Positions 17,315-27,382 of a stretch of 64,000 bases of DNA are shown here, piece by piece. Where the stretch lies: assembly GCA_017616855.1 (NCBI GenBank), contig JAFZXI010000115.1, forward strand, positions 1,412 to 65,411. The letters are read 5' to 3'. The stretch comes from Clostridia bacterium (GTDB taxonomy: Bacteria > Bacillota > Clostridia > Oscillospirales > RGIG8002). The notes beneath the pieces are model-generated. The model was not told the origin of the DNA and ran no database searches. It worked only from the letters and a program-made list of their open reading frames with translations. A program made the translations under genes and the position numbers. Position 1 is the first letter of the stretch. The number at the start of each line of letters is the position of its first letter.

Positions 17315-17745
17315 TCCTTCGCCTTCAGCGTTTTAACCATATGCACGACGGTGCCTTTGCCCGTCTTCGAGCGCACGCGCAGCTTGTCCATGAACGCCTC
17401 CATCACAGTGAAACCGAGGCCGGAGCGCTCACTTTCGGGCGACGTCGTGAAAAGCGGGGTCATCGCGCGTTGGATGTCTTCGATGCCTTTGCCCTTGTCC
17501 TTGACGTCGATGGCGATTTTGCGGTTCGCGAAAACGTACGCGTTTATGTAGACGATGCCGAGCTTGTTGCCGTAGCCGTGGACTATCGCGTTGGTGACCG
17601 CTTCGGAAACGGCGGTCTTTATGTCCGAAAGCTCCTCGACCGTCGGGTCCAACTGCGCGAGAAACGCCGCTACCGCGCTGCGCGAGAAGCCCTCGTTCGA
17701 AGAGCGGCCGACGAACTGCAGCTTGAATGAATTGATGTATTTCAT
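17311..17745 (-). CDS. spoIIAB: anti-sigma F factor SpoIIAB (serine kinase)
   Basis: Internal ATG at 17745. MKYINSFKLQFVGRSSNEGFSRSAVAAF...EAVTNAIVHGY...ERSGLGFTVMEAFMD shows GHKL ATPase motifs typical of SpoIIAB. Confidence 0.85.
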   Translation of the reverse strand: MKYINSFKLQFVGRSSNEGFSRSAVAAFLAQLDPTVEELSDIKTAVSEAVTNAIVHGYGNKLGIVYINAYVFANRKIAIDVKDKGKGIEDIQRAMTPLFTTSPESERSGLGFTVMEAFMDKLRVRSKTGKGTVVHMVKTLKAKE

Positions 17746-17765
17746 ATCTTTCCCTTTCCCCGCGG

Positions 17766-18086
17766 CTAAACCTGCGCCGCAGACTTGATTTCCACCAGCT
17801 TCTGCACGCCGGCAAGCCGCAGAAGCTGAAGCGTTCTCCGGTCGGCGCATTCGACGATGACGCGACCTCCGATAGGAGCGACCTTGTTATACCTGCCGAG
17901 GATCAGCCCTATTCCGGAGCTGTCCATGAACTTCACTCCCGAAAAGTCGAGCACGACGGTCTCCGGCCGCAGTTTCGCAATCCACATATCCGCCTCTTCG
18001 CGTATCGGCCTGGCGGAATGATGGTCGATTTCGGCGGGGAGCGTTACAGTAAGCGCACGCGTGCGCTGTTCGTATTTCATCTCCAT
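17766..18086 (-). CDS. spoIIAA: anti-sigma F factor antagonist SpoIIAA (STAS domain)
   Basis: 106 aa with ...VVLDFSGVKFMDSSGIGLILGRY..., a STAS phosphorylatable-Ser motif (DSSG). Confidence 0.85.
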   Translation of the reverse strand: MEMKYEQRTRALTVTLPAEIDHHSARPIREEADMWIAKLRPETVVLDFSGVKFMDSSGIGLILGRYNKVAPIGGRVIVECADRRTLQLLRLAGVQKLVEIKSAAQV

Positions 18087-18193
18087 ATTCTCACCTCATA
18101 TTTGCAGGTTTTCCCGTTTTTTCGATTATATACAAAATACAAAAAACGGACTATACCCGAAAGTATAGCCCGTCCGATTTGAAAACTCTGTCG

Positions 18194-19450
18194 TTATTTG
18201 TCGGGAATATAGATTTTTCTTGCCTCCGAAACGAGATAAAGCGAGCCGCAGACGACGACCGCGTCTGTCTCCGGATCGTCGGAAGCGAGCTTGAGCGCCG
18301 CTTCGACGCTTTCCGCGGCGACAGCCGGAACGCCGGCGGCCCCGAATGCGTCACGCAGCACTTCCGCTTCCATGCATCGCGTATTGTCAACCTTAACGGT
18401 TATCACTTTGTTGACGTGGTTCGCGAGCATTTTTATTGAATCCGAAACGTTTTTATCCTTCATCATTGCCGCGACGGCGGTTATCTTCCTGTCGGGGAGC
18501 TCGCTTTCGAGCACCCCGGCAAGGCATTCCATTCCGGAGGGGTTGTGCGCGCCGTCGAGGATTACGAGCGGCTTCACGCTGACGGTCTCGAACCGCGCCG
18601 GGAGCGTCGCTTTCATCAGCCCGAGCGCGATCTTTTCGCGCGTGAGCTTGTAGAACCCGCTGCACGCGAGTTCTTCGAGCGCCTCGATAGCCGTGACGGC
18701 GTTCAGCACCTGATGAGCTCCGCGAAGCGTAATGATATAATCGTTATTCTTGTATGTGAAGAAGCGTTCCCTTTTGCGCAGGCGCATAAGGTCGGGGATT
18801 ATCACCTCGGCGCGCTTTCTCTCCGCCGTCTCGCGTATCACGGCGAAGACCTCCTCCGCCTGGTCGGGATAAACGACGACGGAGCCGCCGGACTTGATTA
18901 TCTGCGCCTTTTCGTAAGCAATCTTTTCGAGCGTGTCGCCGAGCAACTCGGTATGGTCGAACGAGACCGAGGTTATGACGGAAACGACAGTAGTCATAAC
19001 GGCGTTCGTCGCGTCGAGGCGGCCTCCTATGCCGGTCTCGAGCACGACTATTTCGCATCCGTTGCGGAAAAACCATTCCATCGCGGCGGCGGTCAGCAGC
19101 TCGAACTCGACGTAATTATCCGGGTTCGCCTCCGCGATCTCTTTCACCTTGTCCATAACGGCGGCAAAGAGTTCGTCCGGAATGTATTCGCCGTTGATCT
19201 GTATCCGCTCGTTAAAGCGCACGACGTAAGGCGAAATAAACAGTCCGGTCTTATACCCCGCCTCCTTCAGCGCGGAGGCGCAGAACGCGGCGGTAGAGCC
19301 CTTGCCGTTCGTACCGGCTATGTGCAGGAACTTCAAGCGGTTCTGCGGGTTTCCGAGCCCCGCAAGCAGCGTTTTTATCCTATGCAAATCTACGGTCGGT
19401 GACAGCCGACCGTAGATTTGCAGATATTCCAATGCCTCGGAATAATTCAC
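18194..19450 (-). CDS. folC: bifunctional folylpolyglutamate synthase / dihydrofolate synthase
   Basis: 418 aa with the [12 protein letters not shown]-loop and a Mur-ligase pattern. Start overlaps the valS stop; valS-folC synteny is typical of Firmicutes. Confidence 0.9.
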   Translation of the reverse strand: MNYSEALEYLQIYGRLSPTVDLHRIKTLLAGLGNPQNRLKFLHIAGTNGKGSTAAFCASALKEAGYKTGLFISPYVVRFNERIQINGEYIPDELFAAVMDKVKEIAEANPDNYVEFELLTAAAMEWFFRNGCEIVVLETGIGGRLDATNAVMTTVVSVITSVSFDHTELLGDTLEKIAYEKAQIIKSGGSVVVYPDQAEEVFAVIRETAERKRAEVIIPDLMRLRKRERFFTYKNNDYIITLRGAHQVLNAVTAIEALEELACSGFYKLTREKIALGLMKATLPARFETVSVKPLVILDGAHNPSGMECLAGVLESELPDRKITAVAAMMKDKNVSDSIKMLANHVNKVITVKVDNTRCMEAEVLRDAFGAAGVPAVAAESVEAALKLASDDPETDAVVVCGSLYLVSEARKIYIPDK

Positions 19451-22083
19451 TTGATCTCTCCCAGCTTAGCGAGCGAATCGTTGATCTTATCGAGCATCTC
19501 CTTGAGCGAGGCGAGCTTCTTGCGCTCGTCTTCGATGAGCTTCGCGGGCGCTTTGGAGATGAAGCCCTCGTTGTTGAGGCGGCTTTCGCAGCGTGTAATC
19601 TCGTTCTCGGCGGCGGCCTTCTCCTTGTTCAGACGGGCGCGTTCCTTCTCGGGATCGACCAGCTCGTTCATCGGGATCATAAGCTTCGCGGACGGAACGA
19701 CCATCGTAAGCGCGTTCGCGACAGAAAGCTCGCGCTCGATCTCGATCTCGCTGACTCCGGCGAGGCGCTTGAAGAACTCGGCGCCCTTGGCGAAGGTCTC
19801 CGGCTTGTCGGTCTCGATGAAGAGCGCCGCCTTCTTGGAAAGCGGGATATTCATCGCAGCGCGCTTGGCGCGGATCTCCTTAATCGCCGACATGATGAGG
19901 TTCATATCCTCTTCGTCAGCGGCAAAGTTCAGCGCTTCGGAGTATTCGGGATATGGCGCGACGACGAGGGCTTTTCCCTCGTGCGGAATGCTCTGCCATA
20001 TCTCCTCGGTGATGAATGGCATGAACGGATGCAGCAGCTTAAGGATCTTATCGAGCACGTAAACCAACACGCGCGAGGCGCCCTCCGCCTGCTCTCCGCC
20101 GGCAAAGAGACGTATCTTCGCGAGCTCGATATACCAGTCGCAGAAGTCGTCCCAGATGAAACTGTAGACCTTGTCGAGCGCGATACCGAGCTCGAACTTG
20201 TCGATATTCGCGGTGACGTCTGCGACGACGTTGTTCAGCTTGGAAAGTATCCACTTATCGTCGAGCGTCAGATGCGCCGGCAGCGCCGTTTCTTCGCCGT
20301 GGAGGTTCATCAGCACGAAGCGCGCGGCGTTCCAGAGCTTGTTGGCGAAGTTGCGGCTCGCCTCAACCTTCTCATCGGAGAAGCGCATATCGTTGCCGGG
20401 CGAGTTGTTCGTCGCGAGCGCGAAGCGGAGCGCGTCCGCGCCGTACTGCTCGATGACCTTAAGCGGATCGATGCCGTTGCCGAGCGACTTCGACATCTTC
20501 CTGCCCTGCGCGTCGCGCACGAGGCCGTGAATGAATACGGTCTTGAACGGCGGCTTGCCGGTGTGTTCGAGCCCGGAGAAGATCATTCTCGCGACCCAGA
20601 AGAAGATTATGTCATACGCCGTAACGAGCGTCGTGGTCGGATAGAAATAGTCGAGGTCCGCGGTCTTCTTCGGCCAGCCGAGCGTCGAGAACGGCCACAG
20701 CGCCGATGAGAACCAGGTATCGAGGACGTCTTCGTCCTGGTGCATGTGATTCGAACCGCACTTCGGGCAGACGTTGACCGTCTCTTTCGAAACAGTCATT
20801 TCGCCGCAGTCGTCGCAGTAATACGCGGGTATGCGGTGCCCCCACCAAAGCTGGCGGGAAATGCACCAGTCGTGGATGTTATTCATCCAGTTGATATATA
20901 TCTTCGAGAATCGCTCCGGTACGAACTTAACGTCGCCGTTTTCGACCGCTTCGATGGCGGGCTTGGCGAGCGGCGCCATCTTCACGAACCACTGGCGCGA
21001 CGCAATCGGCTCGACCGTCGTCTTGCAGCGGTAGCATTCGCCGACGTTGTGTGAGTGCTCCTCAATCTTGACGAGGTAGCCCTCTTTTTCGAGATCCGCG
21101 ACGATCTGTTTGCGGGCGGCGTATCTGTCGAGCCCGAAGTAGCGTCCGCCGTTCTTGTTGATGCAGGCGTTCTCGTCCATTATGAGTATTTCCTCGAGGC
21201 CGTGGCGCTTGCCGACCTCGAAGTCGTTCGGGTCATGGCACGGGGTGATTTTCACGCAGCCGGTGCCGAAGTCCATATCGACGTAGTCGTCGGCGATGAT
21301 GGGTATTTCCCTGCCGACGAGCGGAAGTATCGCGGTCTTTCCGACGATGCTCTTGTAGCGTTCATCGTTCGGATTAACGGCGATCGCGGTGTCGCCGAGC
21401 ATCGTTTCGGGGCGCGTTGTCGCAACGACGAGAGATTTCGACGTGCCCTTGATGGGGTATCTGATATGCCAGAAGTGGCCGGGCTGCTCTTTATACTCGA
21501 CCTCAGCGTCGGAAAGCGCGGTCGTGCAGCGCGGGCACCAGTTGATAATGCGGTTGCCGCGATAGATGAGGCCCTTGTTGTAGAGGTTTACGAACACTTC
21601 CTTGACCGCCTCGGAGCAGCCCTCGTCCATAGTAAAGCGTTCCCTGCTCCAGTCGCAGGAGGAGCCGAGCTTGCGAAGCTGCTTGAGGATGCGGTTGCCG
21701 TAAAGCTCCTTCCAGTCCCATACGCGGCGGACGAAGCGCTCCCTGCCGAGGTCGTAGCGCGTCTTGCCCTCGTTGTTGCGGAGCGCCGCTTCAACGACTA
21801 TCTGCGTGGCGATTCCGGCGTGGTCGGTGCCGGGCACCCACAACGCCGCGTAGCCCTGCATACGGCGCGTGCGGATAAGGATATCCTGCATCGTTTCGTC
21901 GAGGGCGTGTCCCATATGGAGCTGTCCCGTCACGTTCGGAGGCGGAATAACGATGGTGTACGGCTTTTTGGCGGGATCCGCCTTCGCGGCGAAGTAGTTG
22001 CCCTTAAGCCAGAAGTCGTATATCCGGTCTTCGACTTGCACGGGATCGTAGGTTTTTTCGAGTTCTTTTCTCATTTTCCCCAT
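19447..22083 (-). CDS. valS: valine--tRNA ligase
   Basis: 878 aa with [15 protein letters not shown] (HIGH), KMSKSLGN (KMSKS) and a C-terminal coiled coil. Confidence 0.95.
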   Translation of the reverse strand: MGKMRKELEKTYDPVQVEDRIYDFWLKGNYFAAKADPAKKPYTIVIPPPNVTGQLHMGHALDETMQDILIRTRRMQGYAALWVPGTDHAGIATQIVVEAALRNNEGKTRYDLGRERFVRRVWDWKELYGNRILKQLRKLGSSCDWSRERFTMDEGCSEAVKEVFVNLYNKGLIYRGNRIINWCPRCTTALSDAEVEYKEQPGHFWHIRYPIKGTSKSLVVATTRPETMLGDTAIAVNPNDERYKSIVGKTAILPLVGREIPIIADDYVDMDFGTGCVKITPCHDPNDFEVGKRHGLEEILIMDENACINKNGGRYFGLDRYAARKQIVADLEKEGYLVKIEEHSHNVGECYRCKTTVEPIASRQWFVKMAPLAKPAIEAVENGDVKFVPERFSKIYINWMNNIHDWCISRQLWWGHRIPAYYCDDCGEMTVSKETVNVCPKCGSNHMHQDEDVLDTWFSSALWPFSTLGWPKKTADLDYFYPTTTLVTAYDIIFFWVARMIFSGLEHTGKPPFKTVFIHGLVRDAQGRKMSKSLGNGIDPLKVIEQYGADALRFALATNNSPGNDMRFSDEKVEASRNFANKLWNAARFVLMNLHGEETALPAHLTLDDKWILSKLNNVVADVTANIDKFELGIALDKVYSFIWDDFCDWYIELAKIRLFAGGEQAEGASRVLVYVLDKILKLLHPFMPFITEEIWQSIPHEGKALVVAPYPEYSEALNFAADEEDMNLIMSAIKEIRAKRAAMNIPLSKKAALFIETDKPETFAKGAEFFKRLAGVSEIEIERELSVANALTMVVPSAKLMIPMNELVDPEKERARLNKEKAAAENEITRCESRLNNEGFISKAPAKLIEDERKKLASLKEMLDKINDSLAKLGEIK

Positions 22084-22142
22084 ACCTTTCGTATATGACG
22101 GGCGGGAGCGCGTCCTCGCCCTTATATAATATCCTGTTTGTG

Positions 22143-22172
22143 ATTATCTCACAAACGCGCGCAGATGTCAAG
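22143..22172 (-). promoter_or_regulatory. candidate sigma-A promoter of valS-folC
   Basis: Minus strand: TTGACA - 18 nt - (TGa)GATAAT, about 60 nt upstream of the valS ATG. Confidence 0.45.
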
Positions 22173-22238
22173 TTTTACTTGAATAATTCGGGAAAGATGG
22201 TATTATATAATTATCTACTTCCACAAAAGGAGCCGGAA

Positions 22239-23255
22239 ATGAAGAAAATCATCGCCGCGCTGCTCGCGCTGACACTCATATTCGCATTCGCCGCCTGCGG
22301 AAACGAACCCGCAGCCGATACTTCCGCGCGCACCGCGACGGTCTTCGCCATGGACACCTTTATTACCGTTACCGCTTATAGCGGCGACGAAACGCTCGAA
22401 AAGGTCGGTAAGCTGATGACCGGGCTTGACGGAAAGCTTTCCCGCACCAAAGCGGACAGCGATATCGGCCGGCTGAATGCCTCCGGCACGGAGGGCGTAA
22501 CCGTCGGAGACGACGCCGCGACGCTTCTTTCCGAAGCGCTCGGATACTGCGCGGAGTCGGGCGGCATATTCGATATCACGATCGCGCCGGTCACGGAGTT
22601 ATGGAATGTCACTGGAGATTCTCCGCGCGTTCCTTCCCCCGCCGAGATCGCCGACGCGATGCTCTGCGTCGGTTATAAATACCTCACGATCGACGGCAAC
22701 GAAGCAAAGTTCGCATACGAAGGCATGAGCTGCGACCTCGGCGGCATCGCAAAGGGCTACGCGGCGGACAAGGCGGTCGACCTGCTGAAAAGCGAGGGCG
22801 TCACCTCCGCGATGCTTCAGGTCGGCAGCAGCATCTACCTGCTCGGCGAAAAGCCGGACGGCAGCGCCTACAACGTAGGCATTCGCGACCCCGAAGGCGA
22901 CGCGAACAGCTATGTCGGGACGGTAAAGATAAAGGATAAATACATAACCTCATCCGGCGACTACGAGCGCTATTTCGAGGTCGGCGGCAAGCGCTACTGC
23001 CACATATTCGACACCGCCTCCGGTTACCCGATAGACAACGACCTGCACAGCGTTACGGTTATCACCGATAACGGCGCGAAGGGCGATTACCTTTCCACCC
23101 TGCTCTTCTGCCTGGGACTCGAAAACGGGCTCCGCAAATGCGAAGAATACGGCGTTTCCGCGCTTTTCATCACGAAGGATAAGCACATATACACCACCGG
23201 CTCGGACTTCGCGGAGTTCGAGCTGACGAACGGAGATTACGTTCATGAAAAGTAA
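22239..23255 (+). CDS. apbE: FAD:protein FMN transferase (ApbE family) lipoprotein
   Basis: Internal ATG at 22239 gives the lipoprotein signal MKKIIAALLALTLIFAFAACG. ApbE-type motifs AMDT.., DLGGIAKGYA, SGDYER. Confidence 0.85.
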   Translation: MKKIIAALLALTLIFAFAACGNEPAADTSARTATVFAMDTFITVTAYSGDETLEKVGKLMTGLDGKLSRTKADSDIGRLNASGTEGVTVGDDAATLLSEALGYCAESGGIFDITIAPVTELWNVTGDSPRVPSPAEIADAMLCVGYKYLTIDGNEAKFAYEGMSCDLGGIAKGYAADKAVDLLKSEGVTSAMLQVGSSIYLLGEKPDGSAYNVGIRDPEGDANSYVGTVKIKDKYITSSGDYERYFEVGGKRYCHIFDTASGYPIDNDLHSVTVITDNGAKGDYLSTLLFCLGLENGLRKCEEYGVSALFITKDKHIYTTGSDFAEFELTNGDYVHEK

Positions 23256-23628
23256 GCTGAGCTTACAATTCAAAAAGCGCGACTTTATCATCATCGCCGC
23301 GGCGCTGCTGCTCGCGGCGGCGGTGTTTCTTTTCTTTCTGCCGAAGGGCGAAACGGGGCGGCTCTACGCCGAAATCAGCAAAAACGGCGAAGTTATCGCT
23401 TCCCTTCCGCTCGATACGGACGCCGAATACGTTGTCAACGGCGACTATGAAAACGTGGTTACAATCTCGGACGGAAGCGCGTTCTTCAGCAGTTCAAACT
23501 GTCCGAACGAAGACTGCGTACACACCGGCAAACTGACGAAGGCGGGACAGCTCGCGGTCTGCCTGCCGAACGGCGTAACGCTGCGTATAGTCGGCGGCGA
23601 AGGCGACGTTGACGCGATAGCGGGGTGA
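23245..23628 (+). CDS. NusG domain II-containing (DUF1312) protein
   Basis: 127 aa with an N-terminal TM helix and ...NCPNEDCVHTGKLTKAGQLAVCLPNGVTLRI. The family commonly sits between apbE and a Gx transporter (recalled). Confidence 0.65.
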   Translation: MKSKLSLQFKKRDFIIIAAALLLAAAVFLFFLPKGETGRLYAEISKNGEVIASLPLDTDAEYVVNGDYENVVTISDGSAFFSSSNCPNEDCVHTGKLTKAGQLAVCLPNGVTLRIVGGEGDVDAIAG

Positions 23629-23632
23629 CGGC

Positions 23633-24157
23633 ATGAAGAACGGATTGAAAAAACTTACCGTTTGCGGCCTGATGACCGCCGTCTGCCTGATACTCGGCTA
23701 TCTGGAGCATCTGCTTCCGTTTTCGCTGATTATCCCGCTGCCGGGCATAAAGCTCGGGCTCTCGAATATCGCGCTGCTGGTCGTATTGCTTATGTACGGA
23801 CCGGCCTACGCTTACGGCGTTACGGCGCTGAAATGCGGGCTTTCCGCGCTGCTTTTCGGCTCGGTCACGTCGCTGGCGTTTTCGCTGACGGGCGGTCTGC
23901 TCGCGATGACGGCGATGTGGCTGCTGACGCTGACTTTCAAAGAGAAACTCTCGGTTTTCGGCGTCAGCGTCGCAGGCGCGGTCATGCACAACGTCGGGCA
24001 GCTTTCCGCGGCGTCCGTTATTATGGGTTCCGCGGCGGTGTTTTCGTATCTGCCGCTGCTCGCGACAGCCGGCACCGTTACAGGTCTCGTTACCGCGGCC
24101 GTCGCATCACGCACGCTCCACCTGCTCGGATACGAAAAAGACGCGGTTTTATCCTGA
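23633..24157 (+). CDS. Gx transporter family protein (heptaprenyl diphosphate synthase component I-like)
   Basis: 174-aa polytopic membrane protein. ...LPGIKLGLSNIALLVVL... is typical of PF07456 members. Confidence 0.65.
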   Translation: MKNGLKKLTVCGLMTAVCLILGYLEHLLPFSLIIPLPGIKLGLSNIALLVVLLMYGPAYAYGVTALKCGLSALLFGSVTSLAFSLTGGLLAMTAMWLLTLTFKEKLSVFGVSVAGAVMHNVGQLSAASVIMGSAAVFSYLPLLATAGTVTGLVTAAVASRTLHLLGYEKDAVLS

Positions 24158-24268
24158 AATCCGCTTCCCAAAGCACCGTTTTTGCCCTCTTTCCCCTCTC
24201 CGAAACCGCGTTGCAAAGCGGTTTGCCGCGGTGTTGCAAAAAAAATTGAGATTTTCGGAAATTTGTGC

Positions 24269-24297
24269 TTGACATAGAGGGACCTCTGCGGTATAAT
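24269..24297 (+). promoter_or_regulatory. consensus sigma-A promoter of the tRNA operon
   Basis: TTGACA (24269-24274), a 17-nt spacer, then TATAAT (24292-24297), about 45 nt upstream of tRNA-Val. Confidence 0.7.
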
Positions 24298-24342
24298 AGT
24301 CAAGCGGCACGAAAAAAAGGCGATTTTTCGCCGGTGCGATCG

Positions 24343-24418
24343 GGGAGCATAGCTCAGCTGGGAGAGCACTTGCCTTACAAGCAAGGGGTCACAGGTTCGA
24401 GCCCTGTTGTTCCCACCA
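24343..24418 (+). tRNA. tRNA-Val(TAC)
   Basis: Hand-folded cloverleaf: acceptor GGGAGCA/TGTTCCC, anticodon loop CTTACAA, T-loop TTCGAGC, encoded CCA. Confidence 0.9.
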
Positions 24419-24480
24419 GAAATTAAGTTGTTAACCGTTCCGCGATCGGCGTGATCGTAGCCGTTTACAACACTTTATAC

Positions 24481-24557
24481 GGCGCTGTAGTTCAGCTGGT
24501 TAGAACGCTAGCCTGTCACGCTAGAGGTCACGGGTTCGAGTCCCGTCAGCGTCGCCA
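24481..24557 (+). tRNA. tRNA-Asp(GTC)
   Basis: Acceptor GGCGCTG/CAGCGTC, anticodon loop CTGTCAC, T-loop TTCGAGT, encoded CCA. Confidence 0.9.
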
Positions 24558-24562
24558 CATTT

Positions 24563-24638
<76 letters not shown>

Positions 24639-24674
24639 CAAATACCGATTTTTATCGTGGACATATTCATATCT

Positions 24675-24750
24675 GCGGATTTAGCTCATCCGGTAGAGCG
24701 CCACCTTGCCAAGGTGGAGGTAGCGAGTTCGAGTCTCGTAATCCGCTCCA
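24675..24750 (+). tRNA. tRNA-Gly(GCC)
   Basis: Acceptor GCGGATT/AATCCGC, anticodon stem CCACC/GGTGG with loop TTGCCAA, T-loop TTCGAGT, encoded CCA. Confidence 0.9.
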
Positions 24751-24809
24751 AAAGGACGCTTAAATATCTCGGTATTTAAGCGTTTTGTTTCGGGAGATCC
24801 CCGGAGCAC

Positions 24810-24883
24810 GGCACCATAGCCAAGTGGTAAGGCAGAGGCCTGCAAAGCCTTTACCCCCAGTTCGAGTCTGGGTGGTGCCTCCA
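24810..24883 (+). tRNA. tRNA-Cys(GCA)
   Basis: Acceptor GGCACCA/TGGTGCC, anticodon loop CTGCAAA, T-loop TTCGAGT, encoded CCA. Confidence 0.9.
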
Positions 24884-24885
24884 GC

Positions 24886-24920
24886 AAAAAGACGCTTGCG
24901 AAAGCAAGCGTCTTTTTGCA
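24886..24920 (+). terminator. rho-independent terminator of the tRNA operon
   Basis: AAAGACGCTTGC-GAAA-GCAAGCGTCTTTTTG. Confidence 0.8.
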
Positions 24921-24921
24921 A

Positions 24922-25115
24922 CTAAATCCGTCCTTACGGACGGGTTAAATCCACTTAGTGGACGAAATCGCTGCGCGATGAAATCCGCACTAACGTGCGG
25001 GATAAAGATGACGGATTTGATTTCATCTGCCGCAAGGCAGATTTCATCCGGGCTTGCCCGGATTTCACCGCGGCTCTGCCGCGATTTCATTCTTGCAACT
25101 GATATTTCATTCCCT
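24922..25115. repeat. array of short GC hairpins separated by phased GATTTCA / TGAAATC heptamers
   Basis: GATTTCA at 25019, 25040, 25061 and 25083 (variant at 25103), spacing 21/21/22/20 nt. Inverse-orientation (T/G)AAATC at 24922, 24945, 24964 and 24979. Between them lie different 5-8 bp stems: CCGTCC/GGACGG, TCCAC/GTGGA, ATCGC/GCGAT, ATCCGCAC/GTGCGGGAT, ATCTGCC/GGCAGAT, ATCCGGG/CCCGGAT, CGCGGC/GCCGCG. Confidence 0.7.
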
Positions 25116-25122
25116 TGCCTCT

Positions 25123-25146
25123 CCGCCGCTTCGGCGGTGTTTTTTA
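25123..25146 (+). terminator. terminator-like hairpin closing the hairpin array
   Basis: CCGCCG-CTTC-GGCGG followed by TGTTTTTTAT. Confidence 0.55.
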
Positions 25147-25205
25147 TGCCTTCGACGTGGTATTTTCCGCGTCCGTCGCATAAAATGTCGCAGGGGGTGC
25201 TTGAT

Positions 25206-25403
25206 ATGGATATGAAAGATTACGCCGACGCGCTCGACACGGCGAGCAAAGAAACGACCGAGGCCGCGAAAGCGCTCGCTTCCTCCCTCTCCGACGCCGA
25301 GATCGAAGCAATAAAGCGCTGCGCCGCGAAAGCAGGCAGCGTAAAGGCGCTTTTCGCCGACCCGGAGTTCCGGAAAATCATCGAGCGCAGGAACGGCAAC
25401 TGA
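25206..25403 (+). CDS. hypothetical small acidic protein
   Basis: Internal ATG at 25206 (AGGGGG upstream) of track ORF 24978..25403. The upstream part of that ORF covers the repeat array and is unlikely to be coding. No recognisable family. Confidence 0.4.
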   Translation: MDMKDYADALDTASKETTEAAKALASSLSDAEIEAIKRCAAKAGSVKALFADPEFRKIIERRNGN

Positions 25404-25404
25404 T

Positions 25405-25737
25405 ATGAGCGACTTTGAAAACGACCTCAACCGCATACTCGGCGACCCGAAAGCTATGCGCGAAATAATGGATATGGCGGCCGCGTTCAGAAACGGAAAC
25501 GGTTCCTCGGCGGAAAACAAATCCGAAACGGGAGAGCCCTCCGGAATAGATCCCGAAAAGCTCTCCCGCATCATGAGTATAGTCGGCGAGCTCGGCCGCG
25601 ACGGCGGCGACGTTTCCCTGCTCTACGCGATACGTCCTTACCTCAACCCGCGCAGAAAGGCGAAGTTCAACGACGCGCTCTCCGTCATGCGCATGGCGCG
25701 GCTCATCCCTTATATCAGAAAGGATGGGCTGCTTTGA
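25405..25737 (+). CDS. hypothetical protein
   Basis: 110 aa, tightly coupled to the preceding ORF (2-nt gap). No recognisable family. Confidence 0.5.
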   Translation: MSDFENDLNRILGDPKAMREIMDMAAAFRNGNGSSAENKSETGEPSGIDPEKLSRIMSIVGELGRDGGDVSLLYAIRPYLNPRRKAKFNDALSVMRMARLIPYIRKDGLL

Positions 25738-25890
25738 ACGCGCTATCCTCCCTGCTCGGCGGCGGAGAAAACCTCGACACTTACCTGCTGCTGATACTCA
25801 TCTTCATTCTGCTCCGATCCGACGACGAAAGCGGAATGGTCTTCGCGCTCGGATACCTGCTGCTCGCGGACGAGCCGCAAATGCTTAGCA

Positions 25891-27243
25891 TCACACAGTC
25901 AGCACGCCGTTCTCCTGCTCCAAAAGAATCAGGATGTCCTCCTCCCGGAGACTGTCGGCGTTGAAGTATTCCAGGACCTTCGTGCCGTCCGCCGCCCTGC
26001 ATTTTATCTCCCAGCAGTATTTTTCGCCGCCTCCGTCCGTGGGAATGACAACGAGCCGCTCGCTCTGCGCGGACAGGCCCTTGCGCAGCTTCGCGATCGC
26101 TTCGGCGGCAGTAGTTTCCGGCGCGGGGAGCTCGCGCTCGGTGTGGTCGGTGATATATCCGCGCGCGTCGAAGGTCTTGACCTTTCCGTCGGTCATCGAA
26201 ACGCCGACCTTTATTATATCCGGATAGCAGGTCACGCCGTCGCTTTCATAAGCGAAGCTTATCGAGCAGACGCCGTATTCGACGACGTGATAGGTGCTTT
26301 CCATACCGTTATAACCCATTTTGACAAGGAAGCGCTCCGCCGCGGCGACTGCTTCCTTCACGCTGATAAGCTCGTCGCCCTGCTCGGCGCCGTCCGTCAT
26401 CGTGAGCAGGTGTCCGCCCGCCTTCGTTATCTCCGCGGACTTTTCGCCGCAGTAAAAGTAATAGCCCGGAAGCTTTCCGCTGTTTTCGCCGCCGAAGGTG
26501 ACGTCGGATTCGCTTACGTCCATCGCGAAAGCCGCGACTTTACGCGCCTTTTCGGCGGAAACGGGCGTCTCCTCCTTCAGCATCGCGCTCTCCTTATTGA
26601 CGGAGTAATCGGAATACGGCCCGTCGTAGATAAGCGTCGGATAATTCTCGAATCCGTTTTCGACGTCCGCGAAACCGCCCGAAATCGCTATCCCGTCGTT
26701 GTTTATGCCCGCGAGGAAACCGTTGGTCTTATTGCTGACCTCGGTCAGCATGACGGTCTTGTCGGAAATCGCCGCGATAAGCTCGTTCAGCCCGTCGTTC
26801 ACCTTCGTCGCGAGCGCGGAAAGGCGCGCCATCGCGTCGGTTTGCTCCGCCGTCATTTCATCGCCGGAGGCGACGCGCTCGGAAACGAAAAGCGCGTATT
26901 CGCCCACCTGCGAGAGAAACTTGTTGACGTTGTCGAGCGACGCCTCCGTCACGGGAAGCATGCCGAGGTTCGTCTTCGCGGAGCCGGAGCTGCGCCATAT
27001 CTCCGACGCTATCGTGCCGAGCATGGTCGGCGTGGAGGCGTATTTGCTTTTCAGCAGCAGCGTATCCATATTGCTGACGTCGGAGGAAAGTCCGGTCAGG
27101 GCGCGGCGGTATCCGTTTTCGAGGTCCTCGCGGTATTCGCAGGCGAGCGAGTAGCCGGAAACCGCGAATCCGACCGCGACGATAAGCGCTGCCGAGGCGA
27201 AGCTGGCTATCTTTACGACAGTGCGGCGTTTAAGCTTTTTCAT
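25891..27243 (-). CDS. ypeB: germination protein YpeB
   Basis: 450 aa with an N-terminal TM anchor. The pattern LENGYRRALTGLSSDVSNMDTLLLKSKYASTP...IWRSSGSAKTNLGMLP and C-terminal PepSY-like repeats match YpeB as recalled. Confidence 0.8.
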   Translation of the reverse strand: MKKLKRRTVVKIASFASAALIVAVGFAVSGYSLACEYREDLENGYRRALTGLSSDVSNMDTLLLKSKYASTPTMLGTIASEIWRSSGSAKTNLGMLPVTEASLDNVNKFLSQVGEYALFVSERVASGDEMTAEQTDAMARLSALATKVNDGLNELIAAISDKTVMLTEVSNKTNGFLAGINNDGIAISGGFADVENGFENYPTLIYDGPYSDYSVNKESAMLKEETPVSAEKARKVAAFAMDVSESDVTFGGENSGKLPGYYFYCGEKSAEITKAGGHLLTMTDGAEQGDELISVKEAVAAAERFLVKMGYNGMESTYHVVEYGVCSISFAYESDGVTCYPDIIKVGVSMTDGKVKTFDARGYITDHTERELPAPETTAAEAIAKLRKGLSAQSERLVVIPTDGGGEKYCWEIKCRAADGTKVLEYFNADSLREEDILILLEQENGVLTV

Positions 27244-27382
27244 TTATACCATTCCTTTTCGCTTTTTCAATATCTTTCCACGGAATGATACGAATTATGA
27301 GCCCTGTCGCGAAAATCGGAAAAACGCATATAACAACGCCGCGGCATTATAACCGCGGCGTTCGTTTGTTATTCGGTTTTTA

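Noticed and set aside
22084-22238. T-box leader upstream of valS
   Set aside because: The candidate promoter lies only about 60 nt from the valS start. I found no specifier loop or T-box (AGGGTGGNACCGCG-like) sequence and no terminator/antiterminator pair.
24922-25115. Possible CRISPR array
   Set aside because: Only a 7-nt motif is constant. Units are about 21 nt, with no repeat/spacer alternation of CRISPR dimensions, the orientation flips mid-array, and no cas genes are nearby.
25734-25964. 76-aa ORF following the two small hypothetical genes
   Set aside because: Its last ~74 nt overlap the 3' end of the convergent ypeB, and its C-terminal half is low-complexity. The hydrophobic N-terminal half (DTYLLLILIFILL) might belong to a shorter real micro-protein, but I cannot support it.
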